From assembly GCA_044226625.1 (NCBI GenBank), contig JBGAGQ010000025.1, positions 14,531 through 78,530 of the forward strand: DNA of 64,000 bases, written 5' to 3'. The position numbers and the translations under genes were made by a program. The notes below the pieces were generated by a model, which saw only the letters and a list, made by a program, of their open reading frames with translations, was not told where the DNA came from and searched no databases. Below are positions 46,438 to 54,594 of the stretch, piece after piece; position 1 is the first letter of the stretch, and every line of letters starts with the position of its first letter. Source of the stretch: Thermoanaerobaculia bacterium (GTDB taxonomy: Bacteria > Acidobacteriota > Thermoanaerobaculia > Multivoradales > UBA5704).

Positions 46438-46479
46438 GCGCCGCGGCGACGGCGCGCCGGCCCCGGGATCGATCCGGCC

Positions 46480-49400
46480 TTACCCGCCCCCTCCGCCGAC
46501 CATCTTCATCAGGGGATTCAGATACCCCTGCAGCAGCCGTTCGATCTGCGGGAACCGCGTCGCCACCAGGCCGAGCAGCGGCAGGACCCCGTAGGTGAGG
46601 ATGCTCTGGACGAAGCTGCGGTCGAGAACGTCCGTCTTGCCGGCCTCCGTGCCGCCGATCGCCGAGAGCGTCGCGTTGCGGTCCATGTGCACGAACACCC
46701 AGATCGTCATCAGGACGGCCGCAGCGAGCGCGCTCCAGATCGAGAGGAACAGGACCCGCTTCGGCTGGACCTCGTAGCTGGTGATCGCGAGGAGCAGGAA
46801 GAAGCCGGGCACCAGCGCGCTCATCAGGCTGTTGCGCAGATGGGCGAAGACCGTTCGCACGTAGGCGATCAGCCGCACCACGACGAAATCCTGGAGGGGA
46901 CCCGGGGAGCGCCAGGCGTCCGCCCGCGAGAGCGCGGCTTCGAACTTCTGCTGCAGGTCGCTCCGACCGTCGGCCTCCTTCTTGGGGTCGCGTAGGCGAT
47001 GCCCTTCGAGGGCGAGAGCGAGACAGGAGCGCATCGGCTCGGAAGAGGCCGGGCCGCCGACGGCCGCGAGCTTGGCGATCGACAGCTCCGACATCTTGAA
47101 CGGCGGAATCAGCCAGGCGAACGACTTCATGGGCCGCCAGTCGACCTCTTCGTGCAGAGCGCGGAAGACCGCGTCGAGGCTCAAGGTTTCGATCCGATCG
47201 AGCAATCCCGAGAGCTCCGCCCAGAGGCGGAGGAAGCGATGGAACGAGACCAGCGCGAGGGTGAACGAGCCGATCGCGAGACCGGCGAAGACCCTGCCGT
47301 AGGCCCTCGATTCGGCGACCGGCTGGATGAATTGGTAGAGATAGATCGCGGCGAGCACGAGGGGCGCCCCGAACACCGCCCAGAAACGCCAGGTGGGGAA
47401 GGTGTGCAACATGCGCTGCTCGAGCGACCGTGCGATCTCGCGGCAACCGGGGAGGACGGGGTCCTCGCCCGGGAGCTCCGGGATCGGGAACTTCGAGCCC
47501 TGGAACGCCACGAGCGCGCGGCGCTTCATCTCCAGGATCGCCCAGAGGAAGATGCCGCCGCCGACCCAGGCGAGCGAGACGAGCGGCGACATCCCACCGG
47601 TGAATTTCCGGGCGCGGAAATAGAACAGCTCGATCCCTCCCGGCATCCAGGCGTGGAGCAGCGGACAGGCGAGCAAGCCGCCGGCGGACGCCACCAGCGA
47701 GACGATCGCGATCCACCGCAGGGAGACGCCGAGCTTCGGCAGTCCGGTCCATCGGGCCGGCAGCCAGTCTCGAAGGAAAAACGCTCCGAGCCCCACCGCG
47801 GTGAAGAACACCCCGAGCCAGAGCGCGTCGTCGGTCATCGTCTCCAAGCGGCTCCAGGTCTCGCCGAACGCCCACCAGGGGAGCGCGCCCACCACCTCGA
47901 GCACACCCCAGGCGACCAGGATCGCCGAGAGCGCGAGCAGGAAGGGGAAGCGGTCGCGCAGATCGGGCGGCAGGTTGGGGATCTCGCGCAGCGGCCGCGC
48001 CACCCGCACGAGCCAGACCGACAGGGCCACGATCACCAGCAGGCAGGTGAGCGTGAGGGCGTTCGCCTTGGCGCCCGCCATGACGGGTTTCGGCCGGTTC
48101 GGATCGCTCGGTGCGCGAGCGGCGGCCTTCCGACCCGGCGCGGCTCCCGGGCGCAGCTGGGCGAGCGGCCAGATCGACCCGTTGCCGATCGCCGAGATCC
48201 ACACCCGCGGCGTTTCGAGGTGCGCCGGCTTCTGCTCGGCGGGCAGCTCCGCGTCGGCGAGGAGCGCTCGGACCGCGTGGACCACCCCCTCATGGAGCTC
48301 GCTCTGGAACTGGCGCATGCCGATCCACGGCGGCCGCGAGCCGTCCGAGACCGGGTCTTCGAGCCAGGGGAGCCCGCGGGTGAAGAGCGCGGAGGAGGAG
48401 AGGAGGATCGCGCCGTCCAAGGCGTCGCGGTTCTGGGGGTGGGCGAGGAGCAGATCGCTGTCGAGCAGGAACAGCTGGAGGTCGGGGCAGATCTCCTGCG
48501 CCCGTTCCGCGAGGAAGATCTGGTCGCGCGTGTCGGTGGCGACGATGCCGAGGTAGCTCTTCTTGCCTTCCCCGCAGAGGACGGCGAGGAAGTTCGACAG
48601 GGCGAGATCTTTGGTCGGGGTGGTGAGGATCGAAAACTCGGGCACCACGTCGATCGGCCGGCTCGAATCGGCCAGGCTGATCGCCAGCGGCGTCGGGCCG
48701 AGGCGCGGCGCCGCTTTCGTCGGGGCCGCTCCCCGAGCGGCGTCTTCGGACGCTTTCCGCAGACCCGAGAGTCCGCTCGGAAATTTGAGCACGAGCAGGT
48801 CGTCGGACTCGTCCGACGCCTCGGCGAGTTGGTGGGCGTTCTGGCCGTACGCCGTGTCCGCCTCGCTCAAGAGCGCCATCCGCTCGATCCGCCAGCCGAG
48901 CTTCTCGGAGAGAAACTTCTTCCCTTCCTCAAGGAGACTCCCGTCGTCCATCACGCTGCGGAAGAAGCGGATCCCCTTGCCGCAATCGAAGGCGCAGAGG
49001 TTCAGCCAGGAGGACGTCGCCGAGCCGCTGATCAGCCAGACCTCCGGCGGCTGCCGCCCCTTGTCGAGCTTCGGCTTCCAGGAGGCGAACGTCAGACGGA
49101 GCGACTCGCGGGATCCGGAAAACGTCGGTCCGAGGATGCGGATCCGCTCAACCGATCGCCCCGAAGCGAGTCGTCTCGGGCTCGCGAGGCCATGGGCCGT
49201 CTCGAGGGCGAGCCGAAAGGCGGCTTTGTGCACCCCGCCTTTCGCGGTCTCGCCGACCAGGAAGACGATCGCAATGCGTCCGGCGCCGGCGCGGCCGGGG
49301 CGGCGGAAGAGCAGGATCCCCGGGCGCTTCCGGTACGCGGGATCGGCCGGAGAGGCGGTAGATTTCCCCTCCTCCGGCTGGGCCGCCCACGGTAGGTCGA

Positions 49401-49908
49401 TCCGGTCGAGCAGGAAACCGGCTTCGGCAAATCCCTCCTGAATACCCGCGAGCGCCTGATCGAAGCGGGCGGGAAGGAAGGAATCGATCGGATCGGCGAC
49501 CAGGGCGATGTAGACGTCTGGAGGGCGGTAGCCCGCATCCTTCGCGAGTTTCAGCAGGTCGAGCGGAGGCTTCTTTTTGGAGGCCGTGGTCTTCGTCGAC
49601 TTCTGCTCGGCGGCTCCTGCTTTGCCGGCTTTGGCGGCCTTCGCCTTCTGGTCGTCCGAGGATGGCTCCACCGTGTCCGACGAGGCTTCGTCGGTCGCCG
49701 CGCCGAAGTAATCCGCCACCAAAGCGTCGAGCTGCGGCCAGGAGGCGCGCTCTCCCGGTCCCGGGGTGGAAGGAGCGCCAGGAGCGTCGGAGTTGGATGC
49801 TGGCGCGGCGGCGGGCTTCGTCGCCGTTCCGGCGCCGGACGAACCCCCAACCTGCCAGCCCAGCAGGGCGAGGACGAGGATTACCCACGGGAGTCCTGAT
49901 CGATTCAT
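46480..49908 (-). CDS. Large receptor-like membrane protein: signal, periplasmic-binding-protein-like domain, about 10 TM
   Basis: RBS AGGAGG, ATG 49908. ILGPTFSGS, ISGSATS and MALLSEADTAYG resemble type-I PBP (Venus flytrap) motifs. About ten hydrophobic segments in the C-terminal 500 aa. Confidence 0.8.
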   Translation of the reverse strand: MNRSGLPWVILVLALLGWQVGGSSGAGTATKPAAAPASNSDAPGAPSTPGPGERASWPQLDALVADYFGAATDEASSDTVEPSSDDQKAKAAKAGKAGAAEQKSTKTTASKKKPPLDLLKLAKDAGYRPPDVYIALVADPIDSFLPARFDQALAGIQEGFAEAGFLLDRIDLPWAAQPEEGKSTASPADPAYRKRPGILLFRRPGRAGAGRIAIVFLVGETAKGGVHKAAFRLALETAHGLASPRRLASGRSVERIRILGPTFSGSRESLRLTFASWKPKLDKGRQPPEVWLISGSATSSWLNLCAFDCGKGIRFFRSVMDDGSLLEEGKKFLSEKLGWRIERMALLSEADTAYGQNAHQLAEASDESDDLLVLKFPSGLSGLRKASEDAARGAAPTKAAPRLGPTPLAISLADSSRPIDVVPEFSILTTPTKDLALSNFLAVLCGEGKKSYLGIVATDTRDQIFLAERAQEICPDLQLFLLDSDLLLAHPQNRDALDGAILLSSSALFTRGLPWLEDPVSDGSRPPWIGMRQFQSELHEGVVHAVRALLADAELPAEQKPAHLETPRVWISAIGNGSIWPLAQLRPGAAPGRKAAARAPSDPNRPKPVMAGAKANALTLTCLLVIVALSVWLVRVARPLREIPNLPPDLRDRFPFLLALSAILVAWGVLEVVGALPWWAFGETWSRLETMTDDALWLGVFFTAVGLGAFFLRDWLPARWTGLPKLGVSLRWIAIVSLVASAGGLLACPLLHAWMPGGIELFYFRARKFTGGMSPLVSLAWVGGGIFLWAILEMKRRALVAFQGSKFPIPELPGEDPVLPGCREIARSLEQRMLHTFPTWRFWAVFGAPLVLAAIYLYQFIQPVAESRAYGRVFAGLAIGSFTLALVSFHRFLRLWAELSGLLDRIETLSLDAVFRALHEEVDWRPMKSFAWLIPPFKMSELSIAKLAAVGGPASSEPMRSCLALALEGHRLRDPKKEADGRSDLQQKFEAALSRADAWRSPGPLQDFVVVRLIAYVRTVFAHLRNSLMSALVPGFFLLLAITSYEVQPKRVLFLSIWSALAAAVLMTIWVFVHMDRNATLSAIGGTEAGKTDVLDRSFVQSILTYGVLPLLGLVATRFPQIERLLQGYLNPLMKMVGGGGG

Positions 49909-50108
49909 GAGATGCCTCCTCTGAGGTTCTCTCTCGATGTCTGGCGTGGAAGGCAAGACGGTCGTTTCACTCCTTGCTGATGAGACGGACGCAACGGACC
50001 AGAAGAGCCCTTGGGATGGCTTCTTCGAGCAAGATCTTGATAGCGACGAAGTGAAACAAGGCGATATACCTCCGAGCGGACCGCGTCACTCTTCCGAAGG
50101 AGATCGCG

Positions 50109-50435
50109 ATGAAGAAGCTCCCGCTGCTCGCCCTGTCCGCCCTGACTGCCCTTGCCGCCCTGGTCCCCGCACCGCTCGCCGCGCTCGAGATTCCTCCGAC
50201 GGCAGCACTTTCGGTTGCCGCGGACGCGCCTTGCCCGGCGATCTCCGGGGACACCGCCGATCAAGCCGTTGCGCTCCCCGGCGCGCTCCCGTTCCAGCCG
50301 GTGAACCTCTCGGCCTGCACGGACCTCTGCGGCTCGGAGTACAACTCCTGTCGTCTGGATTGCCGCTTCCAGCCCTATCCGGGCTGCGCCAACGACTGCT
50401 GGCTCGAGTACCAGGCCTGCTTGGGCGGCTGCTGA
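50109..50435 (+). CDS. Small secreted Cys-rich peptide precursor
   Basis: RBS AAGGAG; signal MKKLPLLALSALTALAALVPAPLAA; Ala/Pro-rich pro-region; C-terminal CX3CX6CX3C-X7-CX3CX6CX3C. Confidence 0.8.
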   Translation: MKKLPLLALSALTALAALVPAPLAALEIPPTAALSVAADAPCPAISGDTADQAVALPGALPFQPVNLSACTDLCGSEYNSCRLDCRFQPYPGCANDCWLEYQACLGGC

Positions 50436-50445
50436 GGTTGCCGGC

Positions 50446-50478
50446 TTCCGCCCGAGGCGACGTCTCCTCGGGCGGGAG
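50446..50478. terminator. GC-rich hairpin between convergent genes
   Basis: CCGCCCGAGG-loop-CCTCGGGCGG just after the peptide stop codon. Confidence 0.55.
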
Positions 50479-50483
50479 CGGTC

Positions 50484-50708
50484 TTAACGGAGACCTGTCG
50501 AAGGGCTGGGGCCGTCATCGACGATTGGGCCCTGAGGTCCGCGCCCGATCCAAGCCTCTAAGGCCGAGCGTTGTTCCTCCGCTGAGAGCTTCAGCTCTGC
50601 ATCCTCGATCGGCTCGACGAGAATCTTGAGGAGCTTTCCGTCGAGATCCTTCGGTTTCTCGTCGAGGGTGATCTGGTTCCCTCGGAGCCGCCCCGTGAGT
50701 GTCATCAT
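50484..50708 (-). CDS. Small hypothetical protein, possibly antitoxin-like
   Basis: MMTLTGRLRGNQITLDEKPKDLDGKLLKILVEP has a beta-rich AbrB/AF2212-like N-terminus. GGAG upstream. No toxin gene adjacent. Confidence 0.5.
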   Translation of the reverse strand: MMTLTGRLRGNQITLDEKPKDLDGKLLKILVEPIEDAELKLSAEEQRSALEAWIGRGPQGPIVDDGPSPSTGLR

Positions 50709-50757
50709 GACGTGAATTCTAACTCCATCCCTCGATTCCGCTCCCTCTTGCCGGCGG

Positions 50758-50802
50758 AGGGGTCCCTCCCCCCGCTTGCGGGGGGAGGCTAGGAGGGGGG
50801 CG
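50758..50802. repeat. REP-like palindrome (CCTCCCCCCGCTTGCGGGGGGAGG family), copy 1
   Basis: AGGGGTCCCTCCCCCCGCTTGCGGGGGGAGGC is identical to the start of 60591-60637. Confidence 0.8.
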
Positions 50803-50961
50803 AGATCAGCTGAGGCCACGATCATCCATCGCACCTGAGGAAGGGTGCGAACCTCACACCTCGTCGCAGAATCCTTGTCTCTACCTCCGAGGGTTTGGGT
50901 CCATGGACGATCTGCGACAGAATCCTCGTGGATCCTGTCGGCCTTTGAGAGGAGACGCGAG

Positions 50962-52131
50962 ATGTCCGGTCAGCGCATGGGGAGCATGCCGCGACGGAAG
51001 CTGCTCCTGACTTTGTGGATGGGTCTCTGCGGCGCTTTCCTCGCGGTGGCGTCCGGGAGAGGAATCGAGATTCGGGAGATTCCCCGGCCCGCGCGGTGGG
51101 TGACCGATCTCACGTACTCGCTCTCCCCGCGCGCGATCTCGGATCTCAATGCGACCTCGGATCGAATCGAGGCCGAGCACGGCGGGCAGCTCGTCGTGGT
51201 CGTCGTCGGAACGCTCGGAGGCAAAGAGCCTCGACCGTTCGCCAAAGAGCTGTTCAACGATTGGAAGATCGGACGGGCCGCTCAGAACGATGGCGTCTTG
51301 ATCTTCGTCGCCCTCGAAGATCATCGAGCCGAGCTGCTCTTGGGCAGCGGCATCGACGATCCCGAACGCCAGCGGGCGAGCGAAGAGATCATGGAGCAGG
51401 TGATGGTGCCGCGGTTCAAGGCGGGTCGCCCGGACGAGGCGTTGGTCCAAGGGGCTCGGGAGTGCGCGCGGCGGATCTACGGTGTCGCTCTTCCTGCCGT
51501 CTCAGAGGATGCCGGCGCGCCACGCGCCGCGGCGTCCTCACCATCCCCGGGGGAGTACCGGCCGCAGTTCGGGCCGCCTTCCCTTTCCACGCCGATGAAA
51601 GCCACCTGGCTCCTCCTCGGAGGCGCCGGTCTCTTCCTCGGGCTCCGGAGCTGGAAGCGGAACCAGGGTCGACGTTGCGCCGCCTGCGGCCAGGCCATGG
51701 TACGGCTCGACGCCGAATCGAAGGAACGGTTCCTGAACGCGGGGGAACGGAGCGAGGAGTCGCTCCAAAGCGCCGAGCACGACGTCTGGTTCTGCCCCGC
51801 CTGCGAGGCCACCGTGAAGCACCGGTATGGCGCCTGGTTCTCGCGCTATCGCCGCTGCCCGAAGTGCGGCTACAAGACCGGCTTGAGAGAACGGCGCGTG
51901 CTGGCGGAAGCCACCCGGTTTATGTCGGGGCAGGTCCGAATCGACGACAGCTGTGCGCACTGCAGCTACACCTACACGACGATGGAGCTCACGCCGAAGG
52001 TCGCCGAATCCTCGACGGATACTTATGTCGACACCTCGGCGTCGGTCTCCTCGAGCTCGGACTCCGGCGGAGGAAGCTCGGACTTCGGCGGCGGAAGCAC
52101 CGACGGTGGCGGATCGAGCGGCCACTGGTGA
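50962..52131 (+). CDS. TPM-domain protein with CxxC zinc ribbons and Gly/Ser-rich tail
   Basis: WVTDLT..GGQLVVVVV..FAKELFNDWKIG..NDGVLIFVA; CAAC, CPAC, CPKC, CAHC; tail FGGGSTDGGGSSGHW. Confidence 0.88.
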   Translation: MSGQRMGSMPRRKLLLTLWMGLCGAFLAVASGRGIEIREIPRPARWVTDLTYSLSPRAISDLNATSDRIEAEHGGQLVVVVVGTLGGKEPRPFAKELFNDWKIGRAAQNDGVLIFVALEDHRAELLLGSGIDDPERQRASEEIMEQVMVPRFKAGRPDEALVQGARECARRIYGVALPAVSEDAGAPRAAASSPSPGEYRPQFGPPSLSTPMKATWLLLGGAGLFLGLRSWKRNQGRRCAACGQAMVRLDAESKERFLNAGERSEESLQSAEHDVWFCPACEATVKHRYGAWFSRYRRCPKCGYKTGLRERRVLAEATRFMSGQVRIDDSCAHCSYTYTTMELTPKVAESSTDTYVDTSASVSSSSDSGGGSSDFGGGSTDGGGSSGHW

Positions 52132-52182
52132 GCCTGGGCGATCCCGAACCACCCGAGCGCGTCGGGATGCGCTGCGAACTCT

Positions 52183-53706
52183 CTACCGGAACACCTTGAA
52201 CCACCGCTCGAAGAACTTCTTCACGCCCGGGGTGAGCTTCGTGCGGCGCCAGGCGTCGGCGGCTTTTTTGATCACTTCGCCTTGGGTGGGGTACGGGTGG
52301 ATGACGCTCGCGATCTTGCCGAGGCCGATCTTGTGTGTGATCGCGAGGCAGAGCTCGCCGAGCATGTCGCCCGCGTGCTCGGCGACGAGCGTGGCGCCGA
52401 GGATCTCATCGGTTCCCTTCTTCAGATGGATGCGCAGGAAGCCTTCGTCCTCGCCGTCGAGGATCGCGCGGTCGACCGTGTCGAGCTTCACGGTAAGCGT
52501 GTCGACCTCGATGCCTTTGGCCTTTGCGTCCTTCTCATACATGCCGACGTGGGCGATCTCGGGGGTGGTGTAGGTGGCCCACGGAATCGTGAGCGCGCTC
52601 ACCTTGCCGCGGCCGAAGAAGAGGGAGTTCTGGATCACGATCCGCGCCTGCGCGTCGGCGGTGTGGGTGAACTGGAACTTCGAGCAGACGTCGCCGCAGG
52701 CGTAGATCTTCGAATTCGAGGTGCGCAGGTTGTCCCCCACCTCGACGCCCGTCTTGCCGTACTTGACCCCCGCCGCTTCGAGGCCGAGCCCTTCGACGTT
52801 CGGGGCCCGCCCGGCGGCGACCAGGACGTGGTCGACCTCGAGCTGTTTGCGCTCGCCGCCCGCGCCTTCGAATGTCACGACCTTGGCGTCGGCGCGCCGT
52901 TCGACGTTCTGGACCTTGACGTGGAACTCGAGCTTCACACCGAGGGCGATCATCGCCTTCTGGACGATCTCGGCGGCGTCCGCGTCCTCGCGGATCAGCA
53001 CGTGGCCGTCCTTGTCGAGCAGCGTCACCTCGGTGCCGAGCCGGCGGAACGCCTGCGCCATCTCGCAGCCGATCGGACCGCCGCCGATCACGGCCAACCG
53101 CTTCGGCAGCTCGGTCAGCTCGAAGATCGTCTCGTTGGTGAGATAGCCGGCCTCCGCGAGACCCGGGATCGGCGGCGCGATCGCCCGCCCGCCGGTCGCG
53201 ATCACGCCGACGCGGAAGTTGAGCCGCTGGCCGCCCACCTCGACGGCGTTCGGGCCGACGAACTTGCCGTCGCCCAAGAAGACGTCGATCCCCAGCTTGG
53301 AGAACCGCTCGACGCTGTCGTGGAACGCGATCCCGGCGCGCAGCCGGCGCATCCGCTCCATGGCGAAGCCGAAATCGCCGTCGCCCGTGACCTCCGGCCC
53401 GCCGAACCGCGCTCGGCTCTCTCGCGCGTCCTGCCAAGAGCGCGCGGCGCGGATCACGCCCTTCGAAGGAACGCAGCCGACGTTCAGGCAGTCGCCCCCC
53501 ATGAGGTTCCGCTCGACGAGCGCGACTTTCGCCCCGAGGCCCGCGGCACCCGCCGCGCTCACCAGACCCGCCGTGCCGGCGCCGACCACGACCATGTGGT
53601 ACCGGTCCTTCGGCTTCGGGTTGGTCCAGGTCGAGGGGTGGACGAAGCCGAGCAGCTTTTGGTTGTGCTCGTCCTGCGGCTCGATCAGGGCGCGGGTTTC
53701 GCTCAT
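52183..53706 (-). CDS. Pyridine nucleotide-disulfide oxidoreductase (mercuric-reductase-like, not true MerA)
   Basis: GAGTAG, GGDCLNVGCVPSK, GGGPIGCE, IHPYPT. Lacks the C-terminal Cys-Cys pair and the N-terminal HMA domain. Confidence 0.9.
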   Translation of the reverse strand: MSETRALIEPQDEHNQKLLGFVHPSTWTNPKPKDRYHMVVVGAGTAGLVSAAGAAGLGAKVALVERNLMGGDCLNVGCVPSKGVIRAARSWQDARESRARFGGPEVTGDGDFGFAMERMRRLRAGIAFHDSVERFSKLGIDVFLGDGKFVGPNAVEVGGQRLNFRVGVIATGGRAIAPPIPGLAEAGYLTNETIFELTELPKRLAVIGGGPIGCEMAQAFRRLGTEVTLLDKDGHVLIREDADAAEIVQKAMIALGVKLEFHVKVQNVERRADAKVVTFEGAGGERKQLEVDHVLVAAGRAPNVEGLGLEAAGVKYGKTGVEVGDNLRTSNSKIYACGDVCSKFQFTHTADAQARIVIQNSLFFGRGKVSALTIPWATYTTPEIAHVGMYEKDAKAKGIEVDTLTVKLDTVDRAILDGEDEGFLRIHLKKGTDEILGATLVAEHAGDMLGELCLAITHKIGLGKIASVIHPYPTQGEVIKKAADAWRRTKLTPGVKKFFERWFKVFR

Positions 53707-53716
53707 GGTTTTCCTC

Positions 53717-54457
53717 TCACTTTCCCTCTGACGTTCCTTGGGGGGCGTCGAGCTGCTGCTTGAGCGCCTTGCTCGCGAGCCGGGTGATGAAGGTGGTGAC
53801 GATCACCGTGGCGAGGATGCCGATGCCGAGCGAGATCCACTTCGTGGCGCCCTGCCCACCCGCCTTGCCGCTCGCGACCTGGGCGAGGCTACCGGCGGCG
53901 GTGCCGTAGTAGACGTAGAGGACGGTGCCGGGGAGCATCGCGAGGCAGGCGATCAGATAGTCGACGAAGCGGACCTTCGTGAGGCCGAGCGCGTAGTTGA
54001 GCAGGTTGAACGGAAAGACCGGCGAGAGCCGGAGGAGCGAGACGATCTTCAGCCCCTCTTTCGACACCGCTCGGTCGATCGCCGCGAACTTCGGGTTGCC
54101 CGCGATCTTCTTCTCGATCGCCCGGCGCGCGCCGTAGCGCGCGACGAGAAAGGCGAGCGAAGCGCCGAGCGTCGCGCCGAGGAACGTGTAGAGAACCCCT
54201 TTGCCGAGTCCGAAGATCACCCCGGCCGCGAGCGTGAGAATGAACGCGGGCGCGAAAGCCACCGTCGCGGCGGCGTAACCGCCGATGAACGCGACCGGTC
54301 CCCAGACGCCGAGCCCTTGGACCCATTCGGCGAACCGGAGTACGGCGCCGCTCAGTTGTTTCCCGCCGAGCGCGAGCGCCGCGACTAGAGCGATCGCTCC
54401 GAGCGCGAGCAGGATGGTTTTGGCGGGCGATTTCGCCGCGTTCGCCGATTCGGTCAT
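53717..54457 (-). CDS. TVP38/TMEM64 (VTT/DedA) family membrane protein
   Basis: PAFILTLAAGVIFG, GATLGASLAFLVAR, LLRLSPVFPFNLLNYALGLT. RBS GGAGGGGAG. Confidence 0.93.
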   Translation of the reverse strand: MTESANAAKSPAKTILLALGAIALVAALALGGKQLSGAVLRFAEWVQGLGVWGPVAFIGGYAAATVAFAPAFILTLAAGVIFGLGKGVLYTFLGATLGASLAFLVARYGARRAIEKKIAGNPKFAAIDRAVSKEGLKIVSLLRLSPVFPFNLLNYALGLTKVRFVDYLIACLAMLPGTVLYVYYGTAAGSLAQVASGKAGGQGATKWISLGIGILATVIVTTFITRLASKALKQQLDAPQGTSEGK

Positions 54458-54594
54458 GTGCTCCCCTCCCAAGGAGGCAGGTTGGACTGCCAAGAGGTCC
54501 CTACGTCTCCGCGGCGATTTCGGACGAGAGATTCTAGCGCGGCGGTATCCGAGACTTTGCCGGGGGCGGGGCGACGGTTTCCGTCGCCCCGAAC

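Noticed and set aside
52183-53706. Mercury resistance gene merA
   Set aside because: No C-terminal Cys-Cys pair, no HMA domain and no merR/T/P. It pairs with a TVP38 gene, as is typical for the non-MerA subfamily.
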